Of a DNA stretch of 64,000 bases, positions 9,921-20,797 are shown in pieces. The notes below the pieces were generated by a model. It ran no database searches. It saw nothing but the letters and a program-made list of their open reading frames with translations, and had not been told where the DNA came from. Position 1 is the first letter of the stretch. Every line of letters starts with the position of its first letter. This DNA comes from Candidatus Multivorans sp. (lineage in GTDB: Bacteria; Acidobacteriota; Thermoanaerobaculia; Multivoradales; Multivoraceae): NCBI GenBank assembly GCA_965224025.1, contig OZ245033.1, forward strand, positions 1,376,001 to 1,440,000, in the 5' to 3' direction. The translations under genes were made by a program, and so were the position numbers.

Positions 9921-10015
9921 GCGCCGAGGGAGCCACACTCAACCCAAGCTCGGGTGATAAGGTAAGATTATGTGCTGTTCAGGTTTGAGAGCCGAGGGGC
10001 GCGGCATGGGTTGGA

Positions 10016-10249
10016 GTGACGCAACGCTTGGTCGGCCTCCTGTCCTACATGGAGCTGACCTACGTTCTGGAAGACGACCCCGCCCGTCTTCGCTGGGATC
10101 TTGAGTCGGAACTGCCCAAGGAACTTGACGAAGCCGTGACTGACATGTTGGGGCTGCTTTGCGAGACGAGCAGGAAGCTGGCTAGGGGCCTTCGCCGAAG
10201 CCATCCCGAGCTTGCCTCCAGAGCAGGTTGCCAGAACGGCACGGCTTGA
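10016..10249 (+). CDS. Small hypothetical protein or gene fragment
   Basis: Helical, protein-like composition (LESELPKELDEAVTDMLGLL); no recognised motif. Confidence 0.35.
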   Translation: MTQRLVGLLSYMELTYVLEDDPARLRWDLESELPKELDEAVTDMLGLLCETSRKLARGLRRSHPELASRAGCQNGTA

Positions 10250-10320
10250 GCAGCGTAGAGGCCGCATGAGCAGGCGACGTGGATTCGGGAGCAGTTCTGC
10301 CCGAGATGAGGTTACGGTGT

Positions 10321-10715
10321 GAGGTATTGCCGAAAGTTGTGGATCGGCGAGTTGATCAGGCAGCGTTCCTGACCTGAGTTCCGTTGGTGAATGGTACTCC
10401 TTCTCTGACCGGAGCGACGAGGCGTGGTGCGGTGACTCGCCGCCAGCGTTTCTGCGCCATGTCGAGCAGTTTGAAGGTCATGAGGAGGGCCTTCGTCCGC
10501 GAGCCGGCGCCCTTGGTGACTCGCTGACGTAACCGGACGGTGGCAAGCGTCGATTCGATCGCGTTGGTAGTCCGCAGATGCTGCCAGTGATCGGCCGGAA
10601 GTCGAAGAAGCTGAGCAGGCTGTCCTCGTCCCGCCGCAGCGACTCGACCGCCTTCGGGTATCTGGGGCCGTAGTCTGAAGCGAAGCGCTCGATCGCTCTC
10701 TTCGATGTGAAGTCG
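10321..10715 (-). mobile_element. IS256-family remnant: frameshifted transposase C-terminus plus terminal inverted repeat
   Basis: YPKAVESLRRDEDSLLSFFDF, 1-nt shift near 10597, then ADHWQHLRTTNAIESTLATVRLRQRVTKGAGSR..FKLLDMAQKRWRR; IS256-like end GAGGTATTGCCGAAAGTTGTG at 10321. Confidence 0.85.
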
Positions 10716-10775
10716 TTCCGCTGGTTTCCCACATGAACGGAATACTGACGAACTTGCCCGAAACCGTCAGCCCAT

Positions 10776-10794
10776 GTCGGAGACACTACACTAG
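10776..10794. repeat. 19-bp CTAG-ended repeat, probable IS or MITE end
   Basis: gtcggagacactacactag, 18/19 identical to 33144-33162. Confidence 0.6.
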
Positions 10795-11005
10795 CAACGC
10801 AACGATTCAGGCGGAGTATCTTGCCTACATGACGAAAGCTGTCGCTTGTTGCGCACCTCGGAACACGTGCCCAGACCCCCACATCCCGTGAGCGGCCATG
10901 TCGGCCCCTTCTGCCGCCTGCAGGGGAAACCCCATTTTCCGCTGACGGCCTACAGAGAACACGGTCAGGGATCAAGGTGCGGGGGATGACGGCGAAGACG
11001 GCGGG

Positions 11006-12208
11006 CTAACGCGTCGTCAACGCGTAGCTCGCGCCCGCGTAGCGACGTACCAGCCCGTCGATCTCGAGGCGAGCCAGGGTCGCCAGCACATCGGCGATCG
11101 GAAGACCCAGTCTGGACGCGAGTTCTTCGGGCGTCCGGGTGCCGCTGCGCAGCGCCACCAGAAGGCCGTCGACGTCCGAGTCTTCATCTTGCCGAGCGGC
11201 GTCGGTGCTATTGGCCCCTTCGGCGGATCGGGCCGAGGCTGGATCTTGGACCCTCGGGCGCTCCAAGGCGTCCAGGACGGCGGACGGCAGGGTTTCGAGC
11301 AGCGCATCGGGGTCCAGCGCGGGGATGGCGCCGTCCCGGAGCAGCAGGTGGGCCCCTGCCGATTCGCGGGACAGTACGGAACCGGGGACGGCATAGACCT
11401 CGCGCCCCAAGTCGAGGGCCAGCCGGGCGGTGATCAGAGAGCCCGAGCGGCTCGCGGCGCGTACGACGATCGATGCGAAACCGAGCGCCGCGATGATGCG
11501 ATTGCGGATCGGGAAGTGCCAAGGGCGCGGCTGCCAGCCGAAAGGAAACTCGCTGATCAGACAGCCGTGCCTGGCGATCTCGGCGGCGGTGCGCCTGCTG
11601 TTGCGGGGATAGTCGATGTCCAGACCGCAGCCCAGCACGGCCGCCGTGCGGCCGGTCCCCGCTCTCGCCGAGAGAGCGCTGCGATGGGCGGCCTGGTCGA
11701 TGCCGCGGGCGAACCCGGAGATGATGATCAGGCCCGCCGCGGCGAGCCGCCTGGCGAACCAATTGGCGACTTCAAGTCCATACGCGTCCGCTTTGCGTGA
11801 ACCCACGATGGCGAGGGCGGCGCCGTCTCCGAGCTTGCCCCGGATGTAGAGGACCGGCGGCGCTTGCAATCCCAGGTCGGCCAGAGGAGACGGATAGCCA
11901 GCGTCGACGAGAGTGACGATGGAGGCTCCGACCTCGCCTGCCCTCACGATCTCGGCGCCCGCGTTGTCGAGGCAGCAGCGGGCGGCGCGCAGCGTCTCCC
12001 GCACCTTGGCGACCGGCGCATCCAGACTGCCTGCTGCCTGCTCCGCGAAGTGGTCGCAGGCGAGATCCCGCTCAGCCTGCAGTCGTTGAGCGAGTGCGCA
12101 GACCAACCCCCGATCTTCGTGTACCATGTTCAGGGCGATGAGGGCTCGCCGGATCTCGTCGGGGTCGTTTTCCCGCGGGCCGCCATGGGGGACCGGTTCT
12201 TCTGCCAT
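11006..12208 (-). CDS. dprA: DNA-processing protein DprA
   Basis: AIVGSR, ISGFARGID..AH, LGCGLD..YP, FPIRNRII, SGSLITA and a C-terminal winged helix. Confidence 0.95.
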   Translation of the reverse strand: MAEEPVPHGGPRENDPDEIRRALIALNMVHEDRGLVCALAQRLQAERDLACDHFAEQAAGSLDAPVAKVRETLRAARCCLDNAGAEIVRAGEVGASIVTLVDAGYPSPLADLGLQAPPVLYIRGKLGDGAALAIVGSRKADAYGLEVANWFARRLAAAGLIIISGFARGIDQAAHRSALSARAGTGRTAAVLGCGLDIDYPRNSRRTAAEIARHGCLISEFPFGWQPRPWHFPIRNRIIAALGFASIVVRAASRSGSLITARLALDLGREVYAVPGSVLSRESAGAHLLLRDGAIPALDPDALLETLPSAVLDALERPRVQDPASARSAEGANSTDAARQDEDSDVDGLLVALRSGTRTPEELASRLGLPIADVLATLARLEIDGLVRRYAGASYALTTR

Positions 12209-12303
12209 CGCTTGTCTCCCTCGCTGGATCGACGTGTCGTGTCGGCTGAAATCAGCGTTCAGAGACTGAGACGGATTCCGGGCCCGTGATCTATACTCGA
12301 TTG

Positions 12304-12876
12304 GTGACGCGCACCGCTCAATGTCTGCCGCGCGTTCTGCCGTTGATCGTCGGCCTGCTCCTGGTGACAGCGTCCGGCACTGCCGAGGCGCAGAAGCGCA
12401 AGGTGACTCCTGAGGCGCGGCAGCAGTGGGAGTTCGGCATCGACATGGCCAAACGCGGTCTCTGGAGCGAGGCTCTGTTCCGGTTCGAGCAGGCTCGGCG
12501 AATGGAACCGGAACATCCCAAGATCCTGAGCAACATCGCGGTGGCTCACGAGGCGTTGGGCCTGTTCGAGGAGGCCCTGAACTACTATCAACAGGCGCTG
12601 AGACTGGCGCCCCGCGAACGTGACGTGCGCCGGAACTACTCGCGCTTCGTCGAGTACTACCAGAACTTCCGAGGCGAACCTGCCGACGAAGAACCGGGGG
12701 CGGGAGGCCCGGCGGCAGAGCCGGGGTTGCGCAACGGCAGCCCGGGTACTCCCGCGGCTGAAGGTCCGCGGGCGTCTAATGGACGTTCTCCGGGTGTCGC
12801 GGCAACCTCCGGTGTCGCTGTGACCATGGAACAGTTCTTGCATGACGAGTCTGGGCGTGATGAAACGCGGCCGTAG
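12304..12876 (+). CDS. Secreted tetratricopeptide repeat protein
   Basis: Signal peptide ending AEAQ; TPR helices (GLWSEALFRFEQA..P, LGLFEEALNYYQQALRLAP); GTG 12304 lies 6 nt after TATACT. Confidence 0.8.
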   Translation: MTRTAQCLPRVLPLIVGLLLVTASGTAEAQKRKVTPEARQQWEFGIDMAKRGLWSEALFRFEQARRMEPEHPKILSNIAVAHEALGLFEEALNYYQQALRLAPRERDVRRNYSRFVEYYQNFRGEPADEEPGAGGPAAEPGLRNGSPGTPAAEGPRASNGRSPGVAATSGVAVTMEQFLHDESGRDETRP

Positions 12877-13585
12877 ATTCCCGGCAGTCGCTGCCCTGGC
12901 CGGTTTCCTTGCTGGCTTCGGGAGCTTGTTCACGCCTGCTCCCGCGGCCGCCGAGGGCACGGTGGAGGTGCGGCTCAAGCTGCCGATGCGGGCACGGATC
13001 GACCTCGCCGGCCGCAACACCCTGCTGCCGGCGCCCTTCCTGGTCGTCAGCCAGGAAGGCGAGGGCCGGATCGAAGGCACGGATATCGACGTGCAGGGAG
13101 AGTTCGAGCGCTACCTGAACAAGGTTCTCCGCCGGGAGACGGACCTGCGGATCGTCGAGGCCGGCCGCATCGACTACCCGACCTACGACTTGGAGATGCT
13201 GGCGCGTGACGAGGACTTCTGGCGCAGTCTGGGTGAACGGACGCAGGCAGACCTGATCCTTGCCGGCACCCTGGACTTCGATATCCAGGACCGATCCGGC
13301 TACCGGACAGAGGAGTACACGTCGCCCTTCGACGGCCGCACCATGTATCGCCAGGTGCTCGTCGAACAGACGGGATTTGAGTACGACATCGTCGTCATGG
13401 TCTTCGACGGCAAGACCGGCGAACAGATCTACAACGACAACTTCAAGGACTTCAAGAGCTTCGAGGGCGAGCAGGCGGATCCGCTGCAGGGCATGTTCGA
13501 GAACCTGTACGCGCTCGAGGACCGCATTCTCGGCGTCTTCACGCAGAAGGACATCGAAGTAGCGCGCGTGATCTTCACGCCCTGA
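12860..13585 (+). CDS. Secreted hypothetical protein (possibly CsgG/TolB-N-like alpha/beta fold)
   Basis: Signal peptide ending APAAAE; strong coding bias; LGERTQADLILAG and VFDGKTGEQIY patterns. Confidence 0.75.
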   Translation: MKRGRRFPAVAALAGFLAGFGSLFTPAPAAAEGTVEVRLKLPMRARIDLAGRNTLLPAPFLVVSQEGEGRIEGTDIDVQGEFERYLNKVLRRETDLRIVEAGRIDYPTYDLEMLARDEDFWRSLGERTQADLILAGTLDFDIQDRSGYRTEEYTSPFDGRTMYRQVLVEQTGFEYDIVVMVFDGKTGEQIYNDNFKDFKSFEGEQADPLQGMFENLYALEDRILGVFTQKDIEVARVIFTP

Positions 13586-13605
13586 GGCCTCAGGGGGAGG
13601 AGCTA

Positions 13606-16518
13606 GTGAACTCAGCAGTACTTCGGCCGGCGCGACGGTGGGCCATCCGCGTAGCCGCATGCGCCTGCGCGCTTCTGGTCGGTGCGGGCACCGATCTCGA
13701 GGCTCAGGGTTTCGGCAAGAACAAGATCCGCTACGAGGACTTCGACTGGCGCATCTACCACTCGACCCACTTCGACATCTACTACTACTCGGAGAGCGAG
13801 AGCCAGCTCCAGAAGGTGGCGTCAATGGCCGAGAGCGCCTACGACCAACTGTCGCTCGACCTGGACTACCAGATCCAGGAGCCGACGCCGCTGATCATCT
13901 ACAACACGCACTCGGACTTCCTCCAGAACAACGTGATGATCAACTTCATCCCGGAGGGAGTCGCCGCATTCGCGACCTCGGCCAGGTTCCGGATGGTCAT
14001 GCCGATCGACCTGCCGGACATCGAGCTCTACGAACTGCTCCTCCACGAGCTGACGCACATCTTCCAGTACCACATCCTCTTCGGAGGCAGCCTCGGGCGT
14101 GCCCTGACCAGCAATCCGCCCCAGTGGTTGATGGAGGGGATGGCGAGCTACTTCGCCAAGGATGAGAGCGCCTCGGACCGGATGTACCTGCGCGACGCGG
14201 TGGTCAACGACCGCCTGCCGCCGATCACGTCGGGTCAGGCCGGCGGATTTTTCGCCTACCGCTACGGGCACGCCGCGTTCGACTTCATGGAGGAGCGTTG
14301 GGGCGCCGACGGCGTGATCGACTTCCTGTTCGAGTTCCGGAACACGATCGGTTCCCGGGTCGGCCGCGCGGTCGAGCGCGCCTTCCGGATCGATCCGGAA
14401 GACTTCGACCTGGAGTTCCGCCGCTGGCTTCGCAACAGGTACCTGCCGGAGCTGGTGGCGACCGGCGAACCGAGCGACTTCGGCCGACCGTTCCGGACCC
14501 GTCCCCAGGGCAGTCAGGAAACGTCACCCGTGGCCTCGCCTTCCGGCGACCTGGTAGCCGCCTTCTCGACTTTCCAGGGCGATATAGACATCGTGCTCTT
14601 CGACACCCAGGAGCGGGAGCCGGTCAAGAACCTGACCAAGGGCTACACGGCGGAGTTCCGCCACTACGTCGCGCAGATGCTGAGCCTGGGGCGAAAACAC
14701 GGGAGCGATCTGGCCTTCTCGCCGGACGGCAACTCGCTGGCAGCCTTCGTGCGCAAGGAAGCCGGCTACTCGCTGGCCATCGTCAATGTTCTGGGCGGCG
14801 GCGTCCGCCGGGTGATCGACATGGAGATCGAGCAGCAGACGGCGCCCAGTTGGAGCCCGGCCGGCCGGCGCGTCGCCTTCGGCGGCAACCAGAACGGCCA
14901 GTACGACATTTTCGAGCTCGACCTGGAGACGCTCGAGATCCGGAACCTGACCAATGACGAGGTCTTCGACAGCGCGCCGTCGTACTCCCACGACGGCAAA
15001 TGGCTCGTGTTCTCTTCGGTGCCGGGCGAGATGGGCCAACTCTTCCGCCTGGACCTCGAGAGTCTGGAGCGAACGCGCATCAGCAGCGACGACCACCACA
15101 ACACCGATCCGGTGTTCTCGGGAGATGACGGCACGGTGTACTTCACGTCGGACCGGAGCGGGGCCGAGAACATCTTCGGGCTCGACCTGGATACGGGCGA
15201 ACTTCGCCAGTACACGAACGCGATCACCGGCTGCTTCCAGCCAACCGTCCTGACGACGGCCGGCAGCGATGACCGCCTGGTCTACACGGGCTTCTGGAAG
15301 GGCCGCTTCGACCTCTACGAGAGAGACATCGAAGAACCGATCGGCGAGGTCCAGGTCGTCGATGTGGGAGTCGGCGGCGATCCGATCCCGGCCATCGACC
15401 TCTTCGAGCCTGACATCCAGGTCTCGATCGACGAGTCGAACAAGGAGGACAAGCGCGGGTGGAGGCTGTTCCTGGAAGACGCCCAGACCGCGATCGGAGT
15501 GGACGACAACCAGACCTTCCTGGGTCAGGTCTACCTCCAGTTCTCGGACTTCCTCGGCGACCGGCGGCTGTTCACGACCTTCGCCTCGATCGAACAATTC
15601 TCGCAGTTCAACGTGACCTACCTGAACCTGTCGAACCGGTTGCAGTGGCAAGTCTCGCTGTTCGACGACCGCGCCTTCTACGTCGGCTACGACTACCGCT
15701 TCGGGTACTACGAGCGGGGCAGGTCGTTCTTCCAGCAGACCGGCGCCATCTTCTCCATCTCGTATCCGATGAGCTTCTACCGGCGCTTCGAGCTGGGGGC
15801 CGGCTACATCCGGCGCAAGCTGGACTACCAGGCCTATGCGCGCGACAGCGACTTCCGCCTGCTTACGGACGACTTTGGCCGGCCGATTCCGACCGTCACT
15901 CCGCGCGAGGACGACTATCCCGTGATCCAGACCGCCCTGGTCGGGGACACGACCGTGTTCGGCCCGGCCGGGCCATCGAGCGGCCACCGCTACCGGCTGT
16001 CGGCCGAGTACGCTCCGGACCTCGAGACCTCGGGCGTACTGACCCAGACGATCCAACTGGACGCCCGCAAGTACTTCCCGCTCACCCGGCGCAGCGTCTT
16101 CGCGACTCGCCTCTTCGGCAGCATGAGAACCGGGAACTTCCCCAACCCGGTCTACTTCGGCGGCCTGGACACGGTGCGGGGGGTGGACTTCCGCGACATC
16201 GTCGGCGACCGTGGTTTCTTCACGAACCTCGAGCTTCGTTTCCCGCTGATCGACTTCTTCGTGACGCCGATCTGGACCTTCCAGGGGATCCAGGGGAGAT
16301 TCTTCCTCGACATTGCCGGCGCGTACTTCGACGGCGTCCAGGACTTCGACGTCTGGGACTCCGAGAACAGCCGGCTGGACGACGCGATCGCCGCCTACGG
16401 CTTCGGTCTCACGGTGAGAATGCTCGGCGTCGATCTGCACTGGGACTTTGCGACGCAGTGGGACCTCAAGGAGTCGGGCGACAGCCGCACGACGTTCTGG
16501 ATCGGACAGCGGTTCTGA
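13606..16518 (+). CDS. Omp85/BamA-superfamily outer-membrane protein with an N-terminal gluzincin peptidase and a TolB-like PD40 propeller
   Basis: HELTH...WLMEGMASY; SPDG/PSWSP/TSDRSG repeats; lid-loop GGLDTVRG; C-terminal FWIGQRF. Confidence 0.85.
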   Translation: MNSAVLRPARRWAIRVAACACALLVGAGTDLEAQGFGKNKIRYEDFDWRIYHSTHFDIYYYSESESQLQKVASMAESAYDQLSLDLDYQIQEPTPLIIYNTHSDFLQNNVMINFIPEGVAAFATSARFRMVMPIDLPDIELYELLLHELTHIFQYHILFGGSLGRALTSNPPQWLMEGMASYFAKDESASDRMYLRDAVVNDRLPPITSGQAGGFFAYRYGHAAFDFMEERWGADGVIDFLFEFRNTIGSRVGRAVERAFRIDPEDFDLEFRRWLRNRYLPELVATGEPSDFGRPFRTRPQGSQETSPVASPSGDLVAAFSTFQGDIDIVLFDTQEREPVKNLTKGYTAEFRHYVAQMLSLGRKHGSDLAFSPDGNSLAAFVRKEAGYSLAIVNVLGGGVRRVIDMEIEQQTAPSWSPAGRRVAFGGNQNGQYDIFELDLETLEIRNLTNDEVFDSAPSYSHDGKWLVFSSVPGEMGQLFRLDLESLERTRISSDDHHNTDPVFSGDDGTVYFTSDRSGAENIFGLDLDTGELRQYTNAITGCFQPTVLTTAGSDDRLVYTGFWKGRFDLYERDIEEPIGEVQVVDVGVGGDPIPAIDLFEPDIQVSIDESNKEDKRGWRLFLEDAQTAIGVDDNQTFLGQVYLQFSDFLGDRRLFTTFASIEQFSQFNVTYLNLSNRLQWQVSLFDDRAFYVGYDYRFGYYERGRSFFQQTGAIFSISYPMSFYRRFELGAGYIRRKLDYQAYARDSDFRLLTDDFGRPIPTVTPREDDYPVIQTALVGDTTVFGPAGPSSGHRYRLSAEYAPDLETSGVLTQTIQLDARKYFPLTRRSVFATRLFGSMRTGNFPNPVYFGGLDTVRGVDFRDIVGDRGFFTNLELRFPLIDFFVTPIWTFQGIQGRFFLDIAGAYFDGVQDFDVWDSENSRLDDAIAAYGFGLTVRMLGVDLHWDFATQWDLKESGDSRTTFWIGQRF

Positions 16519-16556
16519 CGACAACCGGCCGGGGCGGGCATCGATAGAGCCGTCCG

Positions 16557-17456
16557 ATGCCTGACGGACAGCTTTCGCTCTTCGGCGACGGCGCCCTGGC
16601 GGCCGCCGCGCGGGAGTCCAAGCTCCACTCGCGGCGGCGCCGAGGTGGCAGCGGCGCGGGGATCCGTGCGGCCGTACTCGGATCGGGGAGTGGCGGCAAC
16701 AGCACGATCGTGGAGAGCGTGGAGGGCTGCCTGTTGCTGGACGCCGGATTCTCGTGCCGGGAATTGGAGCGGCGGCTCGACATGGTCGGCCGTTCGGCGA
16801 CCGACGTGGAGGCGGTACTCCTGACCCACGAACACGACGACCACAGTCGCGGCGCCTGCCGCTTCGCGCGACGCCACCAGGTTCCGGTCTACGGCACCCG
16901 CGGCACCTATCGCGACCCCCAGTTGGTTGACCTGGGCGCCTTCGCCCGGCCCATGGGCCCCGGCGTTCCGCTCACCGCCGCCGGCTTCAGGATCGAGGTG
17001 TTCCCGGTACTACACGATGCGCGGGAGCCGGTCGGCTTCGTCGTCGAGAGCAGCGGCGGGTATCGCCTCGGGTTGGCGACGGATCTAGGTCGCCGGACCG
17101 CGGAAGCGTGGCGCAGCCTCCGGGATCTCGATGTTCTGCTGATCGAGTCGAATCACGATCTCGACATGCTGCGCACGGGACCATACCCTTGGCGCCTGAA
17201 GGAGCGAGTGGCGTCGGCGCGTGGACACCTCAGCAACGAGGAAGCCGCCGCGGGCCTCGACGAGCTCCTGTCGGATCGCTTGTCGTGGGTCGTCCTGTGC
17301 CATCTCTCGGAAACCAACAACTCGCCCGCGATGGCGGCCGCGTCGGCACAGCCGGTTCTCGATCGCCGGCGTTCCCGTGCGAAGCTCGTGGTGGCCGAGC
17401 AGCATCGGCCGGGACCGTGGTTGGAGGTCGGCGCGGGAAGCGGTGTGGGCTGCTGA
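16557..17456 (+). CDS. MBL-fold metallo-hydrolase (YycJ/WalJ-like)
   Basis: LGSGSGGN, THEHDDH, HDAREP, IESNHD, GHLSN, HLSETNN. Confidence 0.9.
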   Translation: MPDGQLSLFGDGALAAAARESKLHSRRRRGGSGAGIRAAVLGSGSGGNSTIVESVEGCLLLDAGFSCRELERRLDMVGRSATDVEAVLLTHEHDDHSRGACRFARRHQVPVYGTRGTYRDPQLVDLGAFARPMGPGVPLTAAGFRIEVFPVLHDAREPVGFVVESSGGYRLGLATDLGRRTAEAWRSLRDLDVLLIESNHDLDMLRTGPYPWRLKERVASARGHLSNEEAAAGLDELLSDRLSWVVLCHLSETNNSPAMAAASAQPVLDRRRSRAKLVVAEQHRPGPWLEVGAGSGVGC

Positions 17457-17540
17457 ACCCGGGTGGCGCGAACCCGCGCCACCCGCGAACCAGTCCGAGC
17501 GCTCGTCATCGAGCGCTCGGACGGAACAAGGGGGTTTGAG

Positions 17541-17807
17541 TTGACGCCGAACGGAAACTGCTTCGTGGCGCGGGTGCTGGTCTATCCGCGCGCTGAGGTT
17601 CTCGATCCCCAGGGGCGGGCGATCGAAGATGCGCTGGGGCGGATCGGTTTCGACGGCGTCGAGCGGATCCGGGCCGGCAAGAGCTTTGAGGTCGTCCTGA
17701 ACGCGGCGAGCAGGGCCGAGGCTTCGGAAGCGGTCGACCGCATGTGCCGTCGACTGCTGGCGAACCCGATCGTCGAGGACTACAGCGTGGAGTGGATCTC
17801 GCGATGA
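17541..17807 (+). CDS. purS: Phosphoribosylformylglycinamidine synthase subunit PurS
   Basis: VLDPQG, RAGKSF, LLANPIVEDY; probable TTG start after a purine-rich RBS. Confidence 0.92.
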   Translation: MTPNGNCFVARVLVYPRAEVLDPQGRAIEDALGRIGFDGVERIRAGKSFEVVLNAASRAEASEAVDRMCRRLLANPIVEDYSVEWISR

Positions 17808-18529
17808 GGTGCGGGATCGTGGTCTTCCCGGGCAGCAACTGCGATCATGACGTGTACGACGTGCTTAGGCGAGTGCTCGAGCAGGAGACGGTGTTCCTCT
17901 GGCATCAGGAGACGTCTTTGGACGAGTGCGAGTTGGTCGTCCTGCCGGGCGGATTCTCTTACGGCGACTACCTCCGCGCCGGCTCGATGGCGGCGCATTC
18001 GCCGATCATGGCCGCGGTGCGGCGGCACGCCGAGGCGGGGGGACGGGTGCTCGGTATCTGCAACGGCTTCCAGATGCTGCTGGAAGCGGGCCTGTTGCCG
18101 GGTGCGATGCGGCGGAATCGCGACCTCCGGTTCCTGAGTGTCGACATCCATCTAAGGGTTGAGCGCGACGACCTGATCTACTGCTCGGGTTACCGTCGCG
18201 GCGAGGTGCTGCGCATGCCGATCGCACACGCCGAGGGCAACTACGTCGACACGGATGAGGCCCTGGACGATCTGGAGCGGGCGGGGCAGGTGGTCTTCAG
18301 GTACGTGGATGCCGATGGAAGCGTGGCCCCCGGGGCCAACCTCAACGGATCGAAGAGGTCGATCGCCGGTGTGTGCAACACGGAAGGCAACGTACTCGGC
18401 CTGATGCCGCACCCCGAGCGCTGCGCCGAGGATCTGCTGGGCAACGGCGACGGCCTCGGCCTGCTGGCCGGAGCGGTTCAGACCGGCAGCGGCCGGGTGG
18501 CGGCGCTGACGGCGGCGGTCGGCGGGTAG
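17804..18529 (+). CDS. purQ: FGAM synthase glutaminase subunit PurQ
   Basis: [30 protein letters not shown]; ATGA overlap with purS. Confidence 0.97.
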   Translation: MRCGIVVFPGSNCDHDVYDVLRRVLEQETVFLWHQETSLDECELVVLPGGFSYGDYLRAGSMAAHSPIMAAVRRHAEAGGRVLGICNGFQMLLEAGLLPGAMRRNRDLRFLSVDIHLRVERDDLIYCSGYRRGEVLRMPIAHAEGNYVDTDEALDDLERAGQVVFRYVDADGSVAPGANLNGSKRSIAGVCNTEGNVLGLMPHPERCAEDLLGNGDGLGLLAGAVQTGSGRVAALTAAVGG

Positions 18530-18534
18530 GGGTC

Positions 18535-20787
18535 GTGACGGCGCCGAGTCCCCTTGCCGGCGAGCCTCTGGTGGATGCAGGGCTCGCGGCCGAGCATGGC
18601 CTGACGACCGAGGAGTACGGCGGCCTCTGCGATCTTCTCGGTCGCGTCCCGACCTACACCGAACTGGGAATCGCTTCGGCCCTCTATTCGGAACACTGCT
18701 CCTACAAGTCGTCGAAGACCCATCTGCGCCGGTTCCCGACCCGGAGCCGCCGGGTCGTCCACGGGCCCGGCGAGAACGCCGGAGTCGTGGACATTGGCCA
18801 TGGCTGGGTGGCGGCCTTCAAGATGGAGAGCCACAACCACCCGAGCTTCATCGAGCCCTATCAAGGCGCTGCTACGGGCGTCGGCGGCATCCTGCGCGAT
18901 GTCTTCACGATGGGCGCGCGCCCGATCGCCTGCCTCGATTCGTTGCGCTTCGGCGACATCGAGGGCGAGCGCGGCGCTCGGATGCGGCACCTCGTCGACG
19001 GCGTGGTGCGCGGCATCGGCGACTACGGAAACTGTGTCGGCATTCCGACGGTGGGAGGCGAAACCGGTTTTCACAGTTCCTACAACGGCAACATCCTGGT
19101 CAACGCGTTCGCGCTCGGGGTCTGCCGTCGCGAGCGAATCTTCACCGCGGTGGCTTCCGGGGCCGGGAACCCGGTCCTCTATGCCGGTAGCCGTACGGGT
19201 CGCGACGGCATTCACGGTGCGACGATGGCTTCGGAGGCTTTCGACAGCGAGAGCGAGGGCAAGCGGCCCACGGTGCAGGTCGGTGACCCGTTCACCGAGA
19301 AGGTGCTGCTCGAAGCGAGTCTCGAGGCGATGCGGAGCGGGGTCGTGCTCGGAGTGCAGGACATGGGCGCCGCCGGACTGACCAGCTCGTGTTTCGAGAT
19401 GGCGGCTCGCGGTGGCGCCGGGGTGGATATCGACCTCGATCTGGTGCCGCTGCGTGAGGCTTCTCTGACGCCCTACGAGATCATGCTCTCGGAGTCTCAG
19501 GAGCGGATGGTCTTCGTCACTCGGAGGGGACAGGAAGGGACCGTCGTCTCGATCCTCTCCCGTTGGGGCCTTCAGGCGAGGGCGATCGGACGGGTGACGG
19601 ACGACGGTCGAGCCCGTCTGACCTTCCGCGGTCAGACGGTGGCGGACATGCCGGTTGAGCCGCTGGTGGACGGGGCGCCCGTGTACGACCGCCCTGCGGC
19701 GCCTCCCGCGGACCTTGCCCGTCGTCAGGACCGCGCGGACCCCGAGGCGCCGGACGATCCGCTCGGTGCGCTCAAGCGCCTGCTGGGGACGCCCGAACTC
19801 GGGGACAAGGGCTGGATCTTCCGGCAGTACGACTCGACCGTGCGCTCGAACACGATTATCGGCCCGGGCGCCGACGCCGCGGTTCTACGGCTCAAGGGCA
19901 CGCCGTCGGCTCTCGCTCTGACCTCGGATACGAATCCTTCGTACTGTTGGCTCGATCCGGGGATGGGCGGCCGGCAGGCGGTCGCGGAGGCAGTGCGGAA
20001 CCTGGCGACGGCGGGCGCTGAGCCGGTGGGTATGACGAATTGTCTGAACTTCGGCTCGCCGGAGAACCCCGAGATCGCATGGCAGCTTCGGGAGTGCATC
20101 TCCGGGATGGCCGATGCGTGTCGGGCATTCGGCGTGCCGGTGATCTCGGGCAACGTGTCCCTCTACAACGAGACCGAGGGCGAAGCGGTGCGGCCGACGC
20201 CCACGGTGGCGATGGTCGGTGTGATCGACGGGCTGATGGACCTGGGTGCGGAGGGAAAACTCCACCGCCTGCTCGGCTGCGGCTTCTGGCGCCCGGGCGA
20301 TCGGGTGCTGCTGCTCGGCGAAGGCGGGGACGAGTTCGGCGGCTCGGCCTACCAGCGACTGCTCTACGGTGTCGAGGCGGGGCGCCCGCCCGCGGTCGAT
20401 CTTCAGGCGGAGGCTGCCCTCTGCGCGTTGCTGCGCCGAGCGCGCCGGGCGGGCTGGCTGAGCGGCTGCCACGATCTGGCGGAGGGTGGGCTGCTCGTTG
20501 CTCTGACCGAGTGCGCAATGGCCTGGGGTCTGGGAATGCGCGGGCACTTCGACGGCAGCCCGCTGAGTCTCTTCTCCGAGGCCCAGGGGAGGGCGATCGT
20601 CACTGCCGCGCCTGCCCGGGTCGACGAAGTGCTCGCGTCTGCGGAGCAGTTCGGAGTGCCCGCCTCGGACATCGGCGAAGTGGGCGGTGATCGTGTGGTA
20701 CTGGGTTTCGACGGCGGCACCGTCGATGGTGCGATCGAGGACCTGCGGGCGGTTTGGACCGAAGCTCTTCCGCGGGCCGTGGGCTAG
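18535..20787 (+). CDS. purL: FGAM synthase subunit PurL
   Basis: [38 protein letters not shown]. Confidence 0.97.
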   Translation: MTAPSPLAGEPLVDAGLAAEHGLTTEEYGGLCDLLGRVPTYTELGIASALYSEHCSYKSSKTHLRRFPTRSRRVVHGPGENAGVVDIGHGWVAAFKMESHNHPSFIEPYQGAATGVGGILRDVFTMGARPIACLDSLRFGDIEGERGARMRHLVDGVVRGIGDYGNCVGIPTVGGETGFHSSYNGNILVNAFALGVCRRERIFTAVASGAGNPVLYAGSRTGRDGIHGATMASEAFDSESEGKRPTVQVGDPFTEKVLLEASLEAMRSGVVLGVQDMGAAGLTSSCFEMAARGGAGVDIDLDLVPLREASLTPYEIMLSESQERMVFVTRRGQEGTVVSILSRWGLQARAIGRVTDDGRARLTFRGQTVADMPVEPLVDGAPVYDRPAAPPADLARRQDRADPEAPDDPLGALKRLLGTPELGDKGWIFRQYDSTVRSNTIIGPGADAAVLRLKGTPSALALTSDTNPSYCWLDPGMGGRQAVAEAVRNLATAGAEPVGMTNCLNFGSPENPEIAWQLRECISGMADACRAFGVPVISGNVSLYNETEGEAVRPTPTVAMVGVIDGLMDLGAEGKLHRLLGCGFWRPGDRVLLLGEGGDEFGGSAYQRLLYGVEAGRPPAVDLQAEAALCALLRRARRAGWLSGCHDLAEGGLLVALTECAMAWGLGMRGHFDGSPLSLFSEAQGRAIVTAAPARVDEVLASAEQFGVPASDIGEVGGDRVVLGFDGGTVDGAIEDLRAVWTEALPRAVG

Positions 20788-20797
20788 TGTAACCACG

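Noticed and set aside
10735-11005. Hairpin ctgacg...cgtcag and surrounding sequence as a possible riboswitch
   Set aside because: No recognisable riboswitch consensus; it lies downstream of convergent genes within IS debris.
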